Shown here piece by piece: positions 27,261 through 32,598 of a stretch of DNA of 32,598 nucleotides (the stretch's first letter is position 1; each line of letters opens with the position of its first letter). The stretch is from contig CAZKXP010000002.1 in NCBI GenBank assembly GCA_964556955.1, positions 8,305 to 40,902 on the forward strand. Reading direction: 5' to 3'. The position numbers and the translations under genes were made by a program. The notes beneath the pieces are model-generated. The model was not told the DNA's origin. It saw only the letters and a program-made list of their open reading frames with translations, and searched no databases. Source of the stretch: an uncultured Candidatus Saccharibacteria bacterium. Lineage in GTDB: Bacteria > Patescibacteriota > Dojkabacteria > SC72.

Positions 27261-28292
27261 TCATATATTTAACCCCTCAATCAACCTCTGGTAATATCTC
27301 AAATTGTGTATGGTCGCTAATGTCATGCCAGTTGCCTCTCCAGCTCTTAGCATCTGATTCACATATGCTCTACTGTGATTTTTACAGGTATAGCAATCAC
27401 ATTGGGAATCAATAGGTCTCTTATCAGTAGCGTATTCTTGATTGTTAATTCTTAAAACCTCTCCATCAATATCAGAAGAATACAAAGTCCCATGTCTAGC
27501 ATTTCTGGTTACCAATACAGTATCAAATACGGTATATCCAACCTTTGAAGCTCTTCGAATATCCCATGGTTTCCCTACTCCCATGGCATATTTAAACTTA
27601 TCCTTTGGTGTATTCTCTACAACAGCAGTCATTTCATCCAGTACCAACTGGCCATCCGCATCTACTACAAACCCTCCAAAGTTGTATCCGTCAAATCCAA
27701 TCTCTGTTAAAGCTTTCGCGCATCTCTCTCTCAAATCAGGAAAGTTTGCACCTTGAACCACACAACTTAGCAGTTTCCCTGTCTTTGCAGTACCACCATA
27801 TACATTTTCAAAATGATCCTTGCACCTCTTTGCCCAAGCGATTGTTCTTTCCACAGAAAGTTCTGCTTCTTCTCTACTTAGATCTGTTTTTCTACAATCG
27901 TCTAAGGTTACTAATATATCGGAATTAATAGCTATCTGTGTATCTATGGAACTCTCAGGTGTAAGTTCATAAACATCACCTGTCCAAGGAGATTTAAATG
28001 TGGCCCCATTTTCATGTACCTTCCCATTCCATTTTTTAGAATGAATTAGGGAAAATACTTGGAAGCCACCAGAATCAGTAAGCACAATTCCATCCCAATT
28101 CATAAACTTCTTAATACCCTCCAACTCCTTGAGTCTTTCTGGACCAGGAGACATTAGTAAATGTAAAGTATTTGTAACAATAGCTTCTGTTCCCGTAGCT
28201 TTTAATTGCTCAGTCGTTAGAAATCGAACAGCACCTCTCGTTGCATCGGGCATGAATATATGTTTTTTACCAAAGTCTCCTAGTGTAATCAT
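27261..28292 (-). CDS. tgt: queuine tRNA-ribosyltransferase
   Basis: 343 aa. Contains LTDSGGFQVFSL and the zinc site CDCYTC...H. An ATGA overlap couples it to the queA stop. Confidence 0.95.
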   Translation of the reverse strand: MITLGDFGKKHIFMPDATRGAVRFLTTEQLKATGTEAIVTNTLHLLMSPGPERLKELEGIKKFMNWDGIVLTDSGGFQVFSLIHSKKWNGKVHENGATFKSPWTGDVYELTPESSIDTQIAINSDILVTLDDCRKTDLSREEAELSVERTIAWAKRCKDHFENVYGGTAKTGKLLSCVVQGANFPDLRERCAKALTEIGFDGYNFGGFVVDADGQLVLDEMTAVVENTPKDKFKYAMGVGKPWDIRRASKVGYTVFDTVLVTRNARHGTLYSSDIDGEVLRINNQEYATDKRPIDSQCDCYTCKNHSRAYVNQMLRAGEATGMTLATIHNLRYYQRLIEGLNI

Positions 28293-29314
28293 AGTATTAG
28301 CATGCTGTCTCCATAACTTAAGAATTTATAATCCTTGTCCAATGCTTCTTTGTATGCCTTCTGAACAAGGTCTCTTCCTGCGAAGGATGATACTAAAAGA
28401 ATTAGACTAGAATCTGGCGTATGGAAATTGGTAATTAATCGATCTACACATTTCCATGTATACCCGGGGTAGATGTAGAGCTTTGTCTCACCATTGAAAG
28501 CGTGTACATACCCTTTCTCATCACTTACACTCTCCAGCGTCCTGGCGACTGTTGTTCCAAATGCCCATATCTTCTTTCCTGTTCTTTTTGCCTCATTTAT
28601 GAGATCTGCAGCATCCTCAGAAATAGATATCTCTTCTGTGTGAATATCGTGTTCTTCAATGTTCTCTTCTCTTACTGGAGCAAATGTCCCCCAGCCTACT
28701 TTAAGCTCTGTTTTAGCTATTTTAACGCCTTTGTCGTCCATTTGGAGTAGTATTTCGTCTGTAAGGTTTAAACTCGCCGTAGGGGCCGCTACGGACCCTA
28801 GAATACGTGCAAAAACAGTATTGTAACGTACATAGTCCTCGGGAGTATCACTTCGCTTCATATATGGAGGTATTGGGGTATGCCCCACCTTGTCAAATAT
28901 CTTCTCCCCTTCTTCAGATATTGGTTCGACAAGGAATCCCGTGTTGCTTCTTTCGCTTACCTTAATCTTGATCTCTTCGTCTTCTACAGATGTAAGCGTA
29001 TCATCACATTTAACATACTTTCCCCCTTTGATAAGGCAATACCACCTACCATCCCCAATTCTGTTAAGAAAAAGCACTTCAAACTGCCTTCCGTTAATAT
29101 TTCTAAAAAAAGTTCGCCTTTTCTCTACCTTGGTTTCATTAAGTACCACGACATCGCCTTCAGACATATATTCTGGTATATTGAAATACTTTTTATGCTC
29201 AATATTCCCATCTGTTCTGTTAAGTACAAGCAGATTAGTAGTGCCCCTTTCTTCTGGAGGGTATTTTGCTATCTTCTCTTCTGGCAATGTGTATGTGAAT
29301 TCAGACATTTTCAT
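28289..29314 (-). CDS. queA: S-adenosylmethionine:tRNA ribosyltransferase-isomerase
   Basis: 341 aa. Contains FTYTLPEEKIAKYP, GTTVARTLES and FHTPDSSLILLVSSFAG. Confidence 0.95.
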   Translation of the reverse strand: MKMSEFTYTLPEEKIAKYPPEERGTTNLLVLNRTDGNIEHKKYFNIPEYMSEGDVVVLNETKVEKRRTFFRNINGRQFEVLFLNRIGDGRWYCLIKGGKYVKCDDTLTSVEDEEIKIKVSERSNTGFLVEPISEEGEKIFDKVGHTPIPPYMKRSDTPEDYVRYNTVFARILGSVAAPTASLNLTDEILLQMDDKGVKIAKTELKVGWGTFAPVREENIEEHDIHTEEISISEDAADLINEAKRTGKKIWAFGTTVARTLESVSDEKGYVHAFNGETKLYIYPGYTWKCVDRLITNFHTPDSSLILLVSSFAGRDLVQKAYKEALDKDYKFLSYGDSMLIL

Positions 29315-29320
29315 CGCCGT

Positions 29321-29329
29321 ATTATATCA
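29321..29329 (-). promoter_or_regulatory. extended -10 element TGATATAAT immediately upstream of queA
   Basis: The reverse complement of 29321..29329 is TGATATAAT. Only 6 nt separate the -10 from the queA ATG at 29314. Confidence 0.4.
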
Positions 29330-29360
29330 ATTTTTCAAGGTTTAAGTTAAAATTAGTAAT

Positions 29361-30341
29361 ATGAGAGATTTAAAAAAGGAACCTGTAAAACTACTATTTC
29401 TCGGAACGGGGTGGGAGTCTGTGGCAACCTTAAAAGCACTTCTTGAAGACAAAAGATTCCATATCGTAGGAGTCATAACTACACCAGATAAATTGGTAGG
29501 AAGAAAGCAGGTATCTACACCATCAGAAGTAAAACAATATGCTTTAGATAATGGTATTCCAGTATTTCATACAGATAGAAAACCAGAACTATATCAAAAA
29601 GCTTTGACAAAGTTTAAGCCAGAGATTGTAGTATGTAAAGCATTTGGTGAAATTATTCCAAAAGAATTCATAGAATATCCTAAATATGGATGTATAAATG
29701 TGCATTTTTCAATATTGCCCAAATATCGTGGTGCCGTCCCTATTCAGAAAGCTATATTGGATGGAGAGAAGGTAACAGGAATCTCCATTATGTTAATGTC
29801 TGAGGGTTTAGATGAAGGAGATATTTTAGAGATATTCGAAGAGGATATCCGAGATAATGATACTAATCTGTCATTAAGGCAAAAATTAGTCAAAAAGAGT
29901 GCTGAAATATTGGGGAATATTTTAGAAAAATGGATTAATGGTGGCATATCACCAAGACAACAGAATCCTGAATTAGCTACATACTGTTGGCAAAAAGATA
30001 TTTCTAAAGAGAATGCACAGATAGATTGGAATAGTGTAACCCCGGGATATATAGAGAGAATGGTCAGAGCATTAATACCTTGGCCAATAGCGTGGACAAT
30101 ATTGCCTAGTAGGTATGACAACAAGAATTTGGATGGGAAGGTTATGAAGATATTTAATGCGGAGTTAGTAAATACTCCTTCGGAAAAAGATCCCGGAGAT
30201 CTATTTGTAAAGGATGGTCACCTACTGTTTGCTACCAGAGATCCATTGGTATGTCTCCATGTTACAGAATTTCAATTGGAAGGAAGAAACAAAACAAATG
30301 AGAGAGAGTTCTTGAATGGAATCGGGAGAAACATCAAATAG
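29361..30341 (+). CDS. fmt: methionyl-tRNA formyltransferase
   Basis: 326 aa. NVHFSILPKYRGAVPIQKAI is the Fmt signature, and a C-terminal OB-like domain is present. Confidence 0.95.
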   Translation: MRDLKKEPVKLLFLGTGWESVATLKALLEDKRFHIVGVITTPDKLVGRKQVSTPSEVKQYALDNGIPVFHTDRKPELYQKALTKFKPEIVVCKAFGEIIPKEFIEYPKYGCINVHFSILPKYRGAVPIQKAILDGEKVTGISIMLMSEGLDEGDILEIFEEDIRDNDTNLSLRQKLVKKSAEILGNILEKWINGGISPRQQNPELATYCWQKDISKENAQIDWNSVTPGYIERMVRALIPWPIAWTILPSRYDNKNLDGKVMKIFNAELVNTPSEKDPGDLFVKDGHLLFATRDPLVCLHVTEFQLEGRNKTNEREFLNGIGRNIK

Positions 30342-30361
30342 GTCAGATCTAGAACTGATCT
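30340..30361. repeat. REP-like imperfect palindrome AGGTCAGATCTAGAACTGATCT
   Basis: Dyad symmetry around the central CTAG (9 Watson-Crick pairs plus 1 G-T out of 11 positions). Its first nucleotides overlap the fmt TAG stop codon. Confidence 0.6.
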
Positions 30362-30405
30362 TCGTTCATAAATATTTAATAACAAGGCTTTAATTACCTT
30401 CCCGG

Positions 30406-30867
30406 TTATGATTTGTATGATTCTCTAATGTATAACCATCGATAATTTTCTAATGCTTCCCCACCTATAAGGTCTGCCTCCTGAGGATTTTTCTTAACAT
30501 AAGCTATCGTACTCTCGAGGTCTTTTCTACCAAGAATTCTTCGTACTTGGAATGGGCCTTGAAACAAATGACCGACTTTGTTATGTTTACGGTTAAAATA
30601 CATCACATAGGCTACCATAAAAGAACGCATAAATTTGACAATTTCTGTTTCATCTCGCCCACACTTGAGAACAAAATGATAATGATTTGGCATAAAACAA
30701 TATTCGATCAGTAGAATATGTGACTTTTTGAGATATCGAAACATAAGGCTACGAAAAACCTCGTAATCTTTTTCTCTTAAAAAGATCTTCCCTTTATGAT
30801 TACCACGATTGTACAGGTGATAAAAAGAGTTTCTTTTATATATAAAACTGTTTTTATCCTTCCGCAT
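30406..30867 (-). CDS. REP-associated tyrosine transposase-like protein (HUH/Y1, IS200-like fold, COG1943 type)
   Basis: The ORF-track start at 30888 is a TTG; an ATG (MRKDKNSF...) is at 30867. Contains YHLYNRGN, the HUH motif PNHYHFV, GHLFQGPF, and the catalytic-Tyr region IAYVKKNP. Confidence 0.8.
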   Translation of the reverse strand: MRKDKNSFIYKRNSFYHLYNRGNHKGKIFLREKDYEVFRSLMFRYLKKSHILLIEYCFMPNHYHFVLKCGRDETEIVKFMRSFMVAYVMYFNRKHNKVGHLFQGPFQVRRILGRKDLESTIAYVKKNPQEADLIGGEALENYRWLYIRESYKS

Positions 30868-30909
30868 ATTCAAAATGATAGCAAACAAAGATGAAAATTT
30901 TCTGACAAG

Positions 30910-30931
30910 AGATTAGTTCTAGATCAGATCT
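30910..30931. repeat. REP-like imperfect palindrome AGATTAGTTCTAGATCAGATCT
   Basis: Dyad symmetry around the central CTAG. It is the inverted partner of 30340..30361 and lies 14 nt from the 3' end of rnpB. Confidence 0.6.
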
Positions 30932-30945
30932 GTGGATTAAACCAA

Positions 30946-31249
30946 GTGTGCAAGTACCCAATAAGCCGAATTCTGTTTATGATGATTATCTATCTAAGCG
31001 GTATAAACCTTGCTCTAGGCGGGGGTTACCACGCGATATTGTATTACTACAATACCCGGTAGTCTCTTACACTACCATTTCACCCTTACCTCTTTCGAGG
31101 CGGTATAACTTTCTGTTGCCCTTTTATCCGAAAGATCACTCCCTCCCAGCTCACGCTGGCACCTATCTCGAGATATTCGAGACCGACATAGAGTCCGGAC
31201 TTTCCTCCCTTACCAAGTAGTAAGAGCAATCATCTAGGTATACTTGCAC
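30946..31249 (-). ncRNA. rnpB: RNase P RNA (bacterial type), about 300 nt
   Basis: The minus strand carries GAGGAAAGTCCGGACTC (rc of 31191..31207, P4 5' strand), GGTAAGGGTGAAATGGTAGTGTAAGAGACTACC (rc of 31058..31090) and ACAGAATTCGGCTTAT (rc of 30961..30976, P4 3' strand). The P1 helix is GTGCAAGTA (rc of 31241..31249) paired with TACTTGCAC (rc of 30948..30956). Confidence 0.88.
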
Positions 31250-31254
31250 CCTTA

Positions 31255-31283
31255 ATTATACTATTTTTTAGACTTTTTCTGAA
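31255..31283 (-). promoter_or_regulatory. candidate rnpB promoter (TTCAGA - 17 nt - TATAAT)
   Basis: The reverse complement of 31255..31260 is TATAAT and of 31278..31283 is TTCAGA. The -10 sits about 6 nt upstream of the first P1 nucleotide. The promoter overlaps the 3' end of the upstream CDS. Confidence 0.45.
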
Positions 31284-32130
31284 TAATGATCACTGGAACA
31301 ACTACAGCAGCAATTACAGGTGAGAATACTAGAACATAGATTATGCCCGTACCTAAGAATTTGGCGAAGCTTACCAATGCTCTTCCGGCGTCTTTCAAGA
31401 TCCCAAATGGTTTCCATTCCTCATCAGAAAGCTGAGAACCAGTTGAGCTCTGCGAAATAGTTACATAGAGATATGAATAGCTGGTCTGATTATCCAAATC
31501 CTTTATCTGTGCCTGCAATGCTTCAATATCGATTCTTGTAGATGCCAATTCTTTTTCTACTGCCAAAATCTCTGTAACAGTCTCCGCATCACCTAACACT
31601 GCATTTAAACGAGTCTCCAGCGCTTGGAGATTCTCCAATCTAGCCTGCAAATCCTCAACTGTCTCAGTAACATCCGTAGCCCCAGTTGATGAATATGTGA
31701 ATTCTCCTGGGAGTGCCTTGATTTCATTGTACATATCTTCAAACTTTGATTGCTCAACCTTTATCATTAAATATACATATCTGTTGCTTCCCTTACCCGA
31801 ATCTTGGGAAGACATAGTTTCTGCATCATACTCATCCTCAATCTCTTGAATCGATACCACAGTTGCATCAATATCATCGGCATCCATAGATATATTCGCC
31901 GTCTTTATGACATCCTCTCCACCATTAGAACTAGGAAGTGCAACCCCACCATAGTATGATTCCTTTGCATATTCAATACTGTCCTGGGAAACAACATCAC
32001 TTCCATAACCATAGCCTAAAGAAGTTCTCTCATGTGAATAGGAAACAATGAGGTAGGCTACAAAGAGACCTACTATTGTGAATGGAATAACTAAAGCCAA
32101 TATCCAATATTTCTTTGATGTTTTATCCAT
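31261..32130 (-). CDS. DUF4349-like membrane-anchored coiled-coil protein
   Basis: 289 aa. N-terminal TM, a central coiled coil (LQARLENLQALETRLNAV...KELASTRIDIEALQAQIKDL) and a C-terminal TM. The architecture matches DUF4349 from memory. Confidence 0.6.
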   Translation of the reverse strand: MDKTSKKYWILALVIPFTIVGLFVAYLIVSYSHERTSLGYGYGSDVVSQDSIEYAKESYYGGVALPSSNGGEDVIKTANISMDADDIDATVVSIQEIEDEYDAETMSSQDSGKGSNRYVYLMIKVEQSKFEDMYNEIKALPGEFTYSSTGATDVTETVEDLQARLENLQALETRLNAVLGDAETVTEILAVEKELASTRIDIEALQAQIKDLDNQTSYSYLYVTISQSSTGSQLSDEEWKPFGILKDAGRALVSFAKFLGTGIIYVLVFSPVIAAVVVPVIIIQKKSKK

Positions 32131-32198
32131 ATATGAGCAGTATCAACTTATATACAAGTTAATAGTACGATATATGGAAATTGATAGCAAACAAGAAA

Positions 32199-32591
32199 CT
32201 ATCTCTTTGAGAACTGTGGTTTCTTTCTTGCTTTTCTTCTGTGATACTTCTTTCTTTCTACCTCTCTTGGGTCTCTAGTTAAAAGTTCCTCTTTTCTCAG
32301 TGTAGGCTTAAGCTCTGGATTCATTTCATTTATAGCTCTAGCAAGGCCAAGTCTAACAGCGTCAGCCTGTCCTGTTACTCCTCCACCACTTACTTTGGCA
32401 GTAAAGTAATACTGTTTCTCAAGACCTACAACTGTTAATGGTCTGATAATGTAAAGCTCGGCTTTATTCATTTCCTTCAAGTAATCCGCAGCTGCAACAC
32501 CATTAACAGTGGATGCCTTATCACCCTTGTATATCCTTACTCTTGCAGTAGATGTTTTTCTTCTTCCGATTCCTTCAAAATATTTCTCCAC
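32199..32591 (-). CDS. rpsI: 30S ribosomal protein S9
   Basis: 130 aa with a GTG start and an in-frame stop just upstream. Contains GIGRRKTSTARV, GGGVTGQADAVRLGLARA and the C-terminal KARKKPQFSKR. Confidence 0.95.
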   Translation of the reverse strand: MEKYFEGIGRRKTSTARVRIYKGDKASTVNGVAAADYLKEMNKAELYIIRPLTVVGLEKQYYFTAKVSGGGVTGQADAVRLGLARAINEMNPELKPTLRKEELLTRDPREVERKKYHRRKARKKPQFSKR

Positions 32592-32598
32592 AGTTTAT

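Larger units (their letters stand above)
30340..30931 (-). mobile_element. REPtron-like unit: RayT-like Y1 transposase gene flanked by inverted 22-nt palindromic repeats
   Basis: The flanking 22-mers at 30340..30361 and 30910..30931 are 19/22 identical in inverted orientation. They enclose a single HUH/Y1 transposase-like ORF. Confidence 0.6.

Noticed and set aside
30948-31220. 90-aa + strand ORF (MQVPNKPNSV...)
   Set aside because: It lies entirely antisense to the RNase P RNA gene. Its composition reflects the GC-rich structured RNA, and it has no SD or recognisable family.
1-32598. Alternative genetic code (UGA recoding, as in some candidate phyla)
   Set aside because: All conserved genes are full length under the standard code. 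TGA also works as a stop at conserved gene ends, for example in the ATGA overlaps at 21950..21953 and 28289..28292.
1-32598. CRISPR arrays, DGR template/variable repeat pairs, retrons, toxin-antitoxin or other defence loci
   Set aside because: I saw no spaced direct-repeat array, no reverse transcriptase or Cas-like ORF, and no small two-gene cassettes of the expected size. The stand-alone NYN and HD proteins have no partner genes suggesting a defence module.

Overview
This is an AT-rich, tightly packed window made up almost entirely of housekeeping genes, mostly for translation and RNA metabolism. I infer a reduced-genome bacterium, possibly Patescibacteria/CPR-like, from gene content only. 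Supported protein genes include serS, lysS, glyQS, miaA, trmD, tgt-queA, fmt, rpsI, prs, rny, HU, two GreA paralogs, an archaeal-type UMP kinase, an ABC exporter, a DHH/DHHA1 phosphoesterase and several envelope proteins of unknown function. Three tRNA genes (Pro-GGG, Arg-UCG, Glu-CUC) and an RNase P RNA gene are readable directly from the sequence; the ORF track covers them with spurious ORFs. I see no CRISPR array, defence island, reverse transcriptase, prophage or large accessory block. The only non-housekeeping content is a small RayT-like HUH/Y1 transposase gene flanked by 22-nt CTAG-centred imperfect palindromes (a REPtron-like unit) between fmt and rnpB. A related 243-bp GC-enriched element, closed by about 33-nt inverted arms of the same palindrome type, sits between the divergent lysS and glyQS promoters. 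These two loci are the best candidates for something not routinely annotated. The other findings are modest curiosities, and every family assignment needs an HMM or BLAST check.
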